A stretch of DNA of 64,000 bases from an uncultured Acidobacteriota bacterium. GTDB lineage: Bacteria; Acidobacteriota; Terriglobia; UBA7540. The notes under the pieces were generated by a model. The model searched no databases. It was given only the letters and a program-made list of their open reading frames with translations, and was not told the origin of the DNA. The translations under genes were made by a program, and so were the position numbers. Shown piece after piece: positions 30,358 through 41,100 of the stretch. Every line of letters begins with the position of its first letter. The first letter of the stretch is position 1. Location: the NCBI GenBank assembly GCA_963804995.1, contig CAWDSK010000003.1, positions 192,001 through 256,000 on the forward strand, read 5' to 3'.

Positions 30358-31542
30358 TCACGCCTTGGTAAGGAAAATCGGCAGGCCCTTCTTGTTGGCG
30401 TAATTGGGCAGGTAACTCCGGGTATCGTACATATTCTCAACGTCCACCCGGCGCGGTCCCAATTTCGGATCGGGGATCGGCACCATGGCGAAACACCCAT
30501 GGTTGATCGCCGTCATCATGCCGTGCTCGCCCTTTTCAATGCAATCCGTGGCCATGCTGGCGAACGTGGACGCCACCAGTTTATCGATGAAATCGGGGCT
30601 GCCACTGCGCAACTCATAGGTCAGGTCGCTGACCACTGTCTCCTGCCCCGAGGCCTGCTTGATTTCGTCGCTTAAATCTTCGCCCACGTTGGCCTTCTTG
30701 CGATGCCCGAAGGCGTCAGCTTCACCATACTCCTTAACGTTGTAGCCTTCCCACTCGGCGCCTTCCGAAAGCACTACCATCGAGTAATTGCTGGGATTCT
30801 CCTTCTTATCTTCGATCAGCAATTCAATCATGTGCTGCAGGTTGAACTTGTATTCCGGAATCCCGCAACGCAGCCCCCCGACGTAGGCCGTATACAGCGA
30901 TGTGTACCCGGCATCGCGGCCGAAAACACGGAACACGCCGATGCGCTCGTGCGAGCCCACCGTGGTGCGCTGCCGGTCAATGGCGTCCATGGCGCGGGTG
31001 ATGGCGGTGGAAAATCCGATGCAGTACTCCGTATTACGCACATCGTTATCCATGGTCTTGGGAACGGCGATCACCTTCACGCCTTCCTTGTCGAGCCGCG
31101 CGGCGTAGCTCAGCGTATCGTCACCGCCGATGGCCACCAGGTAGTCGAGGCCGAGCGCTCCGACGTTCTTGAGCACCTGCGCGGTGATGTCATAGACGAT
31201 CGAGGTCACACCCTTCTTGGTGCTCTCCGATTTCGGGAAAGTACCGCTTGCGCAGACCGGCGGCAACTTTTTCATCTTGGCCGGATTGGTGCGCGAAGTG
31301 TGCAGAAACGTGCCGCCCGTGCGGTCGATGGTGCGGGTGTTGTTGCGGTCGAGAGGAAGTATGTAACGCTCCCGGCTGGCGGGGTCCGCCAGGTCGACGT
31401 GCGTCAACCCTTCCCACCCGCGCCGGATGCCGATGACCTCGCAGTCGATCTCGCTGCCTCGATAGACAACCGTCTTGATGACGGAATTCAATCCGGGCAC
31501 ATCACCGCCCCCGGTGAGAATCCCGATACGCTTTGCCGCCAT
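30358..31542 (-). CDS. pfkA: 6-phosphofructokinase, PPi-type motifs
   Basis: TGGGDVPGLN, GGTFLHTSR, GGDDT, PKTMDND. Confidence 0.88.
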   Translation of the reverse strand: MAAKRIGILTGGGDVPGLNSVIKTVVYRGSEIDCEVIGIRRGWEGLTHVDLADPASRERYILPLDRNNTRTIDRTGGTFLHTSRTNPAKMKKLPPVCASGTFPKSESTKKGVTSIVYDITAQVLKNVGALGLDYLVAIGGDDTLSYAARLDKEGVKVIAVPKTMDNDVRNTEYCIGFSTAITRAMDAIDRQRTTVGSHERIGVFRVFGRDAGYTSLYTAYVGGLRCGIPEYKFNLQHMIELLIEDKKENPSNYSMVVLSEGAEWEGYNVKEYGEADAFGHRKKANVGEDLSDEIKQASGQETVVSDLTYELRSGSPDFIDKLVASTFASMATDCIEKGEHGMMTAINHGCFAMVPIPDPKLGPRRVDVENMYDTRSYLPNYANKKGLPIFLTKA

Positions 31543-32127
31543 GATTGCTCCTTGTAACTATGAGATTTGAACCCGCTCCCAGGGATGTGATTCGCGCTTC
31601 CTGGAGCGTAGAAGTTTACACCGCGCGGGAGCGTTTGGGAACCATGGTGCGGAGAACTACTGCGGAGCAAAACTCTGATTTCTGGTTTCTCAGCAAGGAT
31701 ATTGCGCACGTCGTAGGGGTCGCCGCGGCTGAAAGTCCGCCGATCTTAATGGCGCACGAGCGTTCGGCCGGGGCCAGCGCCGCCCCGGCGTCCGAAGCCA
31801 GCTCCGGGGCGCAGGGCGCTCTCCCCTACGTGTTGGGTTGCTGCTCCCCTGCGTTACAACTGCGGGGCAGTGAAAGTTGGCGTGAGGGCCGGCGGTGGGA
31901 AAATCTGCACACCCAGCCCGGCGAAAGATGGGGAGGTCAGGCCCGGCATCACGGGTTGTCCCACTTGACTTTTGCAGGGGGACAATTCGTCAAATTGGGA
32001 AAACTTCCAGGTCGCACAAGTTTGTCCCATTTGTGGCGATATCCGGGCATTGCGGGCGTAGTCACATCAAAATCCCCAAAACCTGCCCCACTGACCCCTG
32101 GTTTGCGGCTCCCCCGCACTCCCCCCC

Positions 32128-34088
32128 TCACTTCATCAGTTCAGCCCAAAACTGGTCGTCCGGCTCTCCGAAAGTGCGATAGCGGAAACCCTCCAGGTGC
32201 GGCGCGACGTTCCGCATCCAATTCGTGGGGTCAGTCCAGAGTACAGAGCGCGGCGCCATAGCCTTCACCAGATCGTTCAGATCCCAATGCAGCGCGAAAC
32301 CCGGAATCACCGCGTCGTGCAGATCGCGGGTGATGGGAACTTCCACCGCCGCGCGCAGGCTGTAGGGAGTCTGATCTATCCAGATCTTGCCGATACGTGA
32401 ATCGATGGCCGCGGCCATCAGCAGCCACACGCCCCGGCCGTCACGCGCCGCGGCGCGTATGCGGCTGGCATCAACGTCAGGCCGATCGACCAACAGGTCC
32501 ACCCCGCGCATAATATCGCTCGCGCGCAGGCCCGCCATATTCTTCCCAATCACCCAGGCGCGTATGTTCTGCTTGGTGGCGGCTTGGTCCTCATGCGTCT
32601 CGGGCAGCGGCACACCGCGCGGCTCTAAATTCAGCACCACAAGGTTTTGCGCGGCCAATCCCTCAGCCACGGCGGCGGGAAGGTCAACCAGCAGAACTGC
32701 GGGCTTCCGCCCCGGTGCGTTGGGCGCGTACAAAGTCGCGGATATTTCCAGCGTCGGCTCAACTTGCAATGCCAGTTGTTGAGTGCGAAACGCGTCTCCG
32801 GATGTGTCACTTACCACCCGCACGGAGGGCGCGTGGCCAATGGGAGATCCAGCCCACTTACGGATTTCCGCCTGCAACTGTTCCGTGCTGCCCTGGCTCA
32901 TCCTCTGGTGAAAACCTTCCGCGATCACCTGGGAAACACCGCGCCCCCCCACTTGGCCGGTCTCCGAGGCGAGCAGATCGAAATCCGGCACGGGCTCAAA
33001 GGGCTCTTCACGGAAGTTGCCTTTACCATCTTTCAGCCAGCGAATCATCCACTCGTAGATGTCCTCGCGAACCTCCAGCGGTATGCCGTGCGGACCCGGG
33101 CCGACCGCCCAACTGATCTTGTTTTCAGCGCCAAAAATCCGGTACCAGTCCAGGGCTTCCTGATAAGCATGACGGGCGCCGTCGATGGGAAAGAAATCGC
33201 CGACCGTGGATACCACCAGCCAGGGCTTGGGCGCGAAGAGCTCCATGTAATCCGCCACGTCCAGACCGGAGGAAAGGAAGAACGGAAAGCTCTGTTCAGA
33301 ATCCCCCGTGGGTCCCGCAAAGAGATAGTGCCAGGTGTTGGTGTAGCAGGCCGGCGCCGCGGCCTTGACGCGCGGGTCGAGGGCTGAGATGTAGGTCGTC
33401 AGGGTTCCACCCCCGAGCAGCCCGTGACGCCAATCTTATCGGCATCCACCTCCGGGAGGCTTACCAGATAGTCCAGCGCGCGCTTGGCATCCCAAATTCG
33501 ATAGCGGGCAAAGTTTTCACCCGCCAGGATGCTCTGTGCGCCGGCTTGGAAATGCTGATCGGTGGAGCCGCCGATAAGCGATGTCTCGACGCGCGGATCG
33601 TATGCTTGCTGGCGCTCACCCTGGCCGATAGGGTCGTAAGTCAGCACGACAAAACCCTTCATGGCCAGATTCGCGTCCATGACTTGCTCCCTAACCTTGC
33701 CTTGTTCCCAATGGCCCATCGGCCGAAGTATGCCTGGATGCTTGCCGCTCTCTTTGGGCAGATAAAGGTTTGCCGCAACATAAAATTGGGGAAGACTTTC
33801 GAAGATGAGCTTCTCGATGGTATAGCTCGGACGTTCAATCTTTCCGGTTACGCGTGCATTCAGCGGCCCGTTGTAATTCGGGAGCCCACCCAGCAACTCC
33901 AGGATCTTGGCGTGCACCTGGGCTTGGCGAGCTTGCGCTTCACCCACCGTGTGGATTTTCGCGAGCGCCGTCTCACGATTGGCAAGTTGCTGTTGTGCGA
34001 TGCTGTCCATCCAGCGCAGCAAGCTGTCGTCCTGCGCCAGTAAAGGCGCGACACTGAGGGCATAAACCAACAGGAGTTTTTTCAGCAT
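32128..34088 (-). CDS. acetylxylan esterase-like alpha/beta hydrolase, -1 indel in G-run at ~33410-33414
   Basis: Adding one G restores the nucleophile elbow GCSGGGTLTTYISALDPRV and joins both ORFs; signal peptide. Confidence 0.8.
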
Positions 34089-34326
34089 GCTAATCCCATC
34101 TCCATATTCTCAGGTAATTTTGGGCCGCCGTGCTTCTCGACCGCAGGCAAACACCGGGGTCTGTGGCCTTAGCCCACAGCTCGCCGATTCGTTCGTGAGG
34201 GCATGTCCATCATGGACCCTTGGGCGCCCGCGATTATACACCGACTGCTTGCGCCCGGGTCTTTCGGGCCAAGGCCGCGCCACGCTTGACCCCAGAGCAG
34301 TCCGGGGGTTAAACTCCCTTCGATGT

Positions 34327-34403
34327 GCGCCTGTAGCTCAGATGGATAGAGCGTTTGCCTCCGGAGCAAAAGGTCGCAGGTTCGAATCCTGCCAGGCGTA
34401 CCA
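34327..34403 (+). tRNA. tRNA-Arg(CCG)
   Basis: GCGCCTG/CAGGCGT acceptor stem, anticodon arm TTTGC-CTCCGGA-GCAAA, GGTTCGAATCC, encoded CCA. Confidence 0.96.
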
Positions 34404-34626
34404 AAATCCTCCGTGGCATAAGACGTTTCAAAGACATCAGGACGCACAGAGAGCAACTGGCTGGTGTGTGATTGCTCGCAGGTGGCAATCGCATCATACA
34501 AACCGCCAACCTCGGCCCTGCCCTATCATAAGGTGCACCGGAAATCGCGCCTGCAGTGTTCGGGAGCAATCTTTTGGGATTACGAACGGCAACGGGTTTG
34601 GATAGATTTCGCGTGGGAGGTTGAGC

Positions 34627-35649
34627 ATGAAAAATTGGACCCTGTCGCGGCGTCAATTTTTGCGCCGGGCTTCCGCGGGACTGGCCGTTGCTGGTTTTGC
34701 AGGAGGCGATTTTGTGGCATCAAAATACCCTGAGGAGGGCAAAGTAAGTGGGACCTCGCTCGCTATGCCCCGCTATGGCGCACAAGTGGGACAAGCTTAC
34801 GACCTCAAATCGCTGCGCATCTGGGACTGCCACACCCATTTAATTGGCTTCAAGGGTTCGACGCCAGCGGAGCGGATGGCGGACATGCTGCGTTTCGCCG
34901 ACCGTATGGATATTGAGCGGATGTGCGTGTTCCTGGGCATGAAGGAGGCCTTCCATGGTGGCCGGGAGGAGATGCGCCAGCAGAACGACGAGGTCCTGGA
35001 CGCCGTAAGCCACTCGGGTGGCCGCGCCCTGGGTTACGCCTTCATGGATCCCTTTTCCGATGTCCCCGCCTGCGTCGATGAAATCAACCGGTGTGTGCGC
35101 GACGGCCCCATGGTGGGTTTGAAGTTTGAGTATGACACGCTGCGCCATCCGGGTGAGCAGCCGGGCGCGCCGACCTACGGAACTCCTCGCGACCTGAGTT
35201 TTCTGGACCCGATTTTCAAGCGCGCCGGTGAGCTCGATGCCGTCATCCTGCATCACACCTGGATTAATTCGCTGGGACCCGAGGACCCCGCCGAATCCAC
35301 GCCCATGGAGATCGCCGCGATCGCCCGCCGCCATCCCACCGTGACCGTCATCTGCGGCCACACGGGAGGCAATTGGGAGCTGGGGATTCGCGCCATCCGC
35401 GGGGTGAAGAACGTTTACGCTGATCTCTGCGGGTCCGATCCCGTGGCGGGCTACACGGAGATGGCGGTGCGCGAATTAGGCGCGGAGCGCGTGATGTACG
35501 GCAGCGACGTGGGTGGGCGCAGCTTTGCGTCGCAGCTTGCGAAGGTGATGGGTGCGGATATTCCCGAATCGGCGCGGCGCCTGGTTCTGGGCGGAAATTT
35601 GCGCCGCGTGCTGCAACCCATTCTTACGGCAAAGGGGTTGAAGGTGTGA
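34627..35649 (+). CDS. Tat-exported amidohydrolase_2 family protein
   Basis: SRRQFL, DCHTH, GHTGG, MYGSD. Confidence 0.85.
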   Translation: MKNWTLSRRQFLRRASAGLAVAGFAGGDFVASKYPEEGKVSGTSLAMPRYGAQVGQAYDLKSLRIWDCHTHLIGFKGSTPAERMADMLRFADRMDIERMCVFLGMKEAFHGGREEMRQQNDEVLDAVSHSGGRALGYAFMDPFSDVPACVDEINRCVRDGPMVGLKFEYDTLRHPGEQPGAPTYGTPRDLSFLDPIFKRAGELDAVILHHTWINSLGPEDPAESTPMEIAAIARRHPTVTVICGHTGGNWELGIRAIRGVKNVYADLCGSDPVAGYTEMAVRELGAERVMYGSDVGGRSFASQLAKVMGADIPESARRLVLGGNLRRVLQPILTAKGLKV

Positions 35650-35691
35650 GGAGGGTGGCCGCGGCGCAAAGCCGCGGCGCGGGCATGTTGC

Positions 35692-35838
35692 GTAGCGCGG
35701 TCCCCCGCATTTGGGATCCGCGGTTCTTCGTTTTGGAAGAACCTCAAAGGTCGAACAAAGACGGCTTCTTCGCCATGATACATTCGCTCAATTGGCGCAG
35801 GAAGAGCCGCAGACCTCAACGGCGGAGGTCTGCGCTAC
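35692..35838. repeat. solo copy of the GTAG REP doublet that forms the 167-bp array
   Basis: GTAGCGCGGTCCC...CCGCAGACCTCAACGGCGGAGGTCTGCGCTAC. Confidence 0.85.
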
Positions 35839-35876
35839 ACGGGCTGTTCATCGACATAATGCTGAGGAAGCAAAAC

Positions 35877-38270
35877 ATGGTTGGCCACAAGCGGTCCGGC
35901 GGATGGCGCGTGGCATTCCCAGCGCCGACCTTGGGCCCAGCGATAGTCTTTAGCATTGGGGCACTCGTCTTCAGCGCGGCAGTGTTGCTTGGACAGAACC
36001 CCTGCGCCAATACGGCCGAGGGCCAGGCGTTATTCGGCAAAAACTGTGCGGGTTGCCATGGGGCTGACGCTTTGGGAAGTGACCGCGGACCGGCGCTCGC
36101 CGGCAATCGCGACTTGAGCGACCGGTCCCTGCGGAGTTTGCACGAGTTGATCAAGCTGGGGATTCCGGGGACGGGCATGCCGGCGTTCGATCTGCCCGAC
36201 AAAGATCTGGAGGCGCTTGCCGAATTCGTGCATTCACTCAATTGGCAGGCGGCGGGAACGAGCGTGCCGGGCGACCCTGCGGCCGGAGAGAAATATTTTT
36301 TCGGTAACGGGAAATGCAGTTCCTGCCACATGGTATCGAGCCGAGGGTCGGCCGTCGGTCCCAACCTCTCGAACCTCGGAAACGAAAAGACCCTCGAGGA
36401 GATTCGCGCGGCGCTTCTCAGCCCAATGCGCATGTGACTCCCGGCTACCAGTTGGTCACTGTCATCCTGCGCGATGGGAAAACCGTGCGCGGCTTTGCGC
36501 GCAACCGCACCAATTACGATATTCGTGTCGAAGACCTTCAGGGGAAATTCCATCTGATCGAAGAGGGCCAGTTTGTTTCGGTCCGCGCGGAGAAAGCCTC
36601 GGCCATGCCCGCGGTACAGGCTCGCCCGCAGGAGTTGCAGGATCTGATTGCCTACCTCAGCCACCTGACAGGTGTTGAGCCGGGCGCGCTGGCGGTCGCA
36701 TCTGCATTCTGCCCCCGGCGACATTGACTTTGAGCGGATTCTGCATCCCCGCCCCGGCGACTGGGCTACTTACAACGGGACCCTGAACGCGAACCGTTAC
36801 AGCGACCTCGCCCAAATCAACACCACCAACGTCAACCAGTTAAAATTGCGCTGGGTCTTCACGGTCCCCCTGTGGAAGAACCTTGTCCCTGACTCGCCGT
36901 ACTACGAGCAGAATTACGAAACCTTTGGGCTGGAGACGACGCCGCTGGTGGCCGACGGCATCATGTACATCACCGGTCCCGGGTCGGTCTTCGCGCTCGA
37001 TGCCCTGTCGGGGCGCTTGATCTGGCAGTACTCACGCCATCGCACTCCCAGCGTGGTGGGAGACGCGTCCCTCGGCACGAATCGCGGCGCGGCCATCCTG
37101 GGGGACAAGGTATTTTTTGTAACCGACAACGCACACCTGATCGCGCTCAACCGCACCACCGGAAAACTGGTTTGGGAAGCGGTGATGCCGGAAGAGGCCC
37201 AGCACTACGGTGGCACCGTGGCCCCCTTGGTCGTCAAGGATATGGTGGTCGCGGGTGTGGCGGGAGGCGATTGGGGGATTCGCGGATTTGTGGCCGCGTT
37301 TAAGGCCGAAACGGGTGAACGGGTTTGGCGAACCTATACCATCCCCGCCAAGGGAGAGCCGGGAATTGAGACTTGGGGTCCCCAAGAACCCAAGTTGGGA
37401 GGCGGTGGCACCTGGCTGACCGGCTCCTATGACCCCGAAACCGATACGCTTTACTGGCCGACCGGCAATCCCTGGCCTGATTCGGACGACCGCGACCGCC
37501 CCGGCGACAACCTGTATACCGATTCCATCCTGGCGCTCGATCCCGCCACGGGAAAGATGAAGTGGTATTACCAGTTCACACCCCACGATGTGAAGGATCA
37601 GGACGCTAATCAGCCCCCGGTGCTGATCGATGCACACTATCAGGGGCAGGACCGCAAGCTAATGTTGTTTGGGGGCCGCAATGGATTCTTCTATGTGCTC
37701 GATCGAACAAACGGCAAAGTCCTGCTGGCGAAGCCTCTGGTGAAATGGCTGACTTGGGCGAGCGGAATTGGCGCGGATGGGCGGCCGCAACTTCTGAAGG
37801 AAGGCAACGTATCCTGCCCGGATATTGCCACCAACTGGAACGCTACGGCCTTCAGCCCCAAGACCCGCCTCTATTACGTGATGGTGCGGGAGAGGTGCGT
37901 GGTCAACCTCGCGTCATTGCGGCGCGGCGAGGAACCGCCGCACGTGGAGCCGGAAAAGAAGTACCTGCGCGCCCTTGATATCGAAACAGGAAGGATTGTT
38001 TGGGAAATGCCGCAGGCCGGTCCCGCCCGCGAGAAGAGAGAAGCGGGGGTGCTGGCGACCGCGGGGGGTCTGATTTTCTACGGAGACCCGCCGGGAGATT
38101 TTGTGGCCTTGGATGAACGAAACGGGAAACCCCTGTGGCACTTCCCTGCCGGCGCGGAAAATAAAACCTCGCCCATGACTTACACGGTGGGCAATAAACA
38201 GTTTGTGGCGATCGCTATCGGGCCCAATGTGCTTTGCTTTGCCTTGCCTTCGGGGACGGCCATGAAATGA
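35877..38270 (+). CDS. di-heme cytochrome c / PQQ-dependent dehydrogenase fusion, indels at ~36423 and ~36707
   Basis: CAGCH and CSSCH heme motifs, then PQQ propeller (ETTPLV, NRGAA, SYDPETDTLYW, DNLYTDS, SPMTY). Confidence 0.85.
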
Positions 38271-38286
38271 GGGGCAGCGTACGGCG

Positions 38287-39097
38287 GGCCTGTTTCGTAG
38301 CGCGGTCCCCCGGTTTTGGGGTCCGCGGTTCTTCGTTTGCCTGACCCGCAAAACTCAAAGACCTCTTCGCCACGATACTTTCGCTCATATGACGCAGGAA
38401 GAACCGCAGACCTCAACGGCGGAGGTCTGCGCTACGCCGCTCGTGGCCCGGACGGCCTGTTTCGTAGCGCGGTCCCCCGGTTTTGGGGTCCGCGGCTCTT
38501 CGTTTGCCTGACCCGCAAAACTCAAAGACCTCTTCGCCACGATACTTTCGCTCATATGACGCAGGAAGAACCGCAGACCTCAACGGCGGAGGTCTGCGCT
38601 ACGCCGCTCGTGGCCCGGGCGGCCTGTTTCGTAGCGCGGTCCCCCGGTTTTGGGGTCCGCGGCTCTTCGTTTGCCTAACCTGCAAAACTCAAAGACCTCT
38701 TCGCCACGATACTTTCGCTCATATGACGCAGGAAGAACCGCAGACCTCAACGGCGGAGGTCTGCGCTACGCCGCTCGTGGCCCGGGCGGCCTGTTTCGTA
38801 GCGCGGTCCCCCGGTTTTGGGGTCCGCGGCTCTTCGTTTGCCTAACCTGCAAAACTCAAAGACCTCTTCGCCACGATACTTTCGCTCATATGACGCAGGA
38901 AGAACCGCAGACCTCAACGGCGGAGGTCTGCGCTACGCCGCTCGTGGCCCGGGCGGCCTGTTTCGTAGCGCGGTCCCCCGGTTTTGGGGTCCGCGGCTCT
39001 TCGTTTGCCTAACCTGCAAAACTCAAAGACCTCTTCGCCACGATACTTTCGCTCATATGACGCAGGAAGAACCGCAGACCTCAAAGGCGGAGGTCTG
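38287..39097. repeat. tandem array of five 167-bp REP-doublet units, fifth interrupted by the intron
   Basis: Units start at 38287, 38454, 38621, 38788, 38955; unit 5 resumes at 41011. Confidence 0.95.
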
Positions 39098-41010
39098 GTG
39101 CGCCGGGATAAACCGGCAGAAAGCAGAGAATGAAAATTTCTCACGAGGAAGGAGTAGCGATCCACTCGGCCCCGAGTTTTGCGCTGGGCGTCGTGAGGCG
39201 CACGGTGAAGCGTAAACAGGGGAATAGGTGGGCTGGGTATTGAGCTTCGGAAATGTCCAATCAGGACGCCGACGTTTTCAGACTAAACGGAAGGCAACAT
39301 GAGGCCGGGACGCCAACGCGAGTTCCGGCACAGTCCTGCGTAGTCGTAGACCCCAGACACGCCTAGACACTTTCTGCACGAGAACCGGGAGACCTCGGAG
39401 GCGCCGGCCGCCGTAGATCGTGGCCGGACGGCGGGAAAAGGCGATGGCCGTACAGCCCGCCTGCACGCTTTCGAGGAGTCGGACAGCGGAACAGTACCGA
39501 TGAATCATTTGAACAAAGACGGGAAGCCGTTGGCGGAGAATGAGGAGGGAAGGCCGCTGATCAAGGAGAACACCCGTTGGCCTAACACGCACCCGACACA
39601 GAGCGGGGCACGCGTGTCCCAGGGACTCGCGGGTGTGCGGAAAGCCGCGAAGGAACACAGGGAGATGAAGTTCACGGCCTTGCTCCACCACTTAACGGTC
39701 GATCTGCTGCGGGAAAGCTTTTACGCCTTGAAGCGAAAAGCTGCACCGGGAGTAGACGGCATGACGTGGCAGGAGTATGAAAGCGGGCTGGAAGGTCGAC
39801 TCGTCGATCTGCACAGCCGGGTCCACCGCGGAGCATTCCGAGCGAAGCCCTCGCGAAGGGCGTATATCCCGAAAGGCGACGGGCGGCAACGTCCGTTGGG
39901 GGTTGCGGCACTGGAGGACAAGATCGTCCAACAGGCCGTGGTCACCATCCTCAATGCGATTTACGAGGAAGACTTTCTGGGCTTCTCGTATGGCTTTCGA
40001 CCGGGATGCAGCCAGCATCAAGCGCTGGACGCGCTCTCGTACGCGCTCACGGTGAAGCACGTGAACTACGTTCTTGACGCGGACATTCGTGGATTTTTCG
40101 ATTCGATATCCCACGAATGGATGCTCAAGTTCGTGCAGCATCGCGTCGCCGACCCCCGGATTCTCCGGCTCATCCAGAAATGGCTGAAAGCCGGGGTGAT
40201 GGAGGAAGGCGAATGGTCGGAGACGGAGATGGGTACGCCACAAGGGGCGGTGGTCTCGCCCCTGCTGGCGAATATCTATCTGCACTACGTCTTTGACCTG
40301 TGGGTGCAGGCGTGGCGCAAGAAGCACGCCCGGGGAGACGTGGTCGTGGTGCGGTATGCCGACGATACGGTCCTTGGATTCCAATCGCAGACGGAAGCCG
40401 ACCGCTTTCTGGAGGATTTCCGGGAGCGGGTGGGGAAGTTTGGATTGGAACTGCATCCTGACAAAACGCGCCGGATCGAGTTCGGGCCGTTTGCCGAACT
40501 TTACCGGAAACGGAGAGGAGAAGGTAAGCCGGAGACGTTCGACTTTCTGGGCTTCACGCATATCAGCGGGAAGAACCGGAGGGGGCAATTTACCGTGAAG
40601 CGGAAGACGATCAGCAAGCGCCTGCGGGGGAAGTTGCAGGAACTCAAGCAACAACTCCGGCAGCGTCGGCACGATCCCATCGCGGATACGGGTAAATGGC
40701 TCCGGTCGGTCGTGCAAGGCTACTTCAACTATCACGCGGTACCGGGAAACCTCGACCGCCTGCGAATCTTTCGGGAACGGTTGACCCGACTGTGGCGAAC
40801 GCAACTGCGTCAACGCAGTCAACGCCACCGCCTCAACTGGGACCGACTGGGGAAGCTTGCGGCCTGCTGGTTGCCTGCTCCGCACGTTGTGCATCCTTGG
40901 CCATCCCAACGGTTCGCCGCCACACATCCGAGATAAGAGCCGTATGCGCTAACCAGCGCACGTACGGATCCGTGCGGGGGGTACCGGGTAACCGGTATCC
41001 CTACCGCAAC
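39098..41010 (+). mobile_element. group II intron, 1913 bp, apparently complete
   Basis: 5' GTGCGCC; domain V GAGCCGTATGCG...CGCACGTACGGATC at 40937-40970 with AGC triad; domain VI ending CGCAAC; removal restores GGAGGTCTG-CGCTACGCCG. Confidence 0.95.
39500..40936 (+). CDS. ltrA: group II intron reverse transcriptase/maturase, no endonuclease domain
   Basis: APGVDG, YIPK..GRQRPLG, SYGFRPG, DADIRGFFD, GTPQG..SPLLANIYL, YADD, FDFLGF, GYFNYH; no HNH tail. Confidence 0.95.
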   Translation: MNHLNKDGKPLAENEEGRPLIKENTRWPNTHPTQSGARVSQGLAGVRKAAKEHREMKFTALLHHLTVDLLRESFYALKRKAAPGVDGMTWQEYESGLEGRLVDLHSRVHRGAFRAKPSRRAYIPKGDGRQRPLGVAALEDKIVQQAVVTILNAIYEEDFLGFSYGFRPGCSQHQALDALSYALTVKHVNYVLDADIRGFFDSISHEWMLKFVQHRVADPRILRLIQKWLKAGVMEEGEWSETEMGTPQGAVVSPLLANIYLHYVFDLWVQAWRKKHARGDVVVVRYADDTVLGFQSQTEADRFLEDFRERVGKFGLELHPDKTRRIEFGPFAELYRKRRGEGKPETFDFLGFTHISGKNRRGQFTVKRKTISKRLRGKLQELKQQLRQRRHDPIADTGKWLRSVVQGYFNYHAVPGNLDRLRIFRERLTRLWRTQLRQRSQRHRLNWDRLGKLAACWLPAPHVVHPWPSQRFAATHPR

Positions 41011-41100
41011 CGCTACGCCGCGGGTGGCCCTGAAGGGGCGGAATAGGTGAATCCGTATAGCGCAGGGCAAGATGTGCGGGGTTTTGAAATGAGTTCTGGT

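Noticed and set aside
31545..32261. 238-aa plus-strand ORF
   Set aside because: No recognisable motifs, and it overlaps the esterase antisense; likely spurious.
34327..34620. tRNA-Arg as a genomic island attachment site
   Set aside because: No integrase and no duplicated tRNA 3' end noticed in the window.
38287..39097. Tandem array as CRISPR or as repeated 120-aa ORFs
   Set aside because: Units are near-identical over their full length with no unique spacers and no cas genes; the ORFs are by-products of the repeat.
39500..40936. RT as retron, DGR or defence RT
   Set aside because: It has a maturase region and lies within canonical group II intron boundaries with domains V/VI; no template/variable repeat pair was seen.
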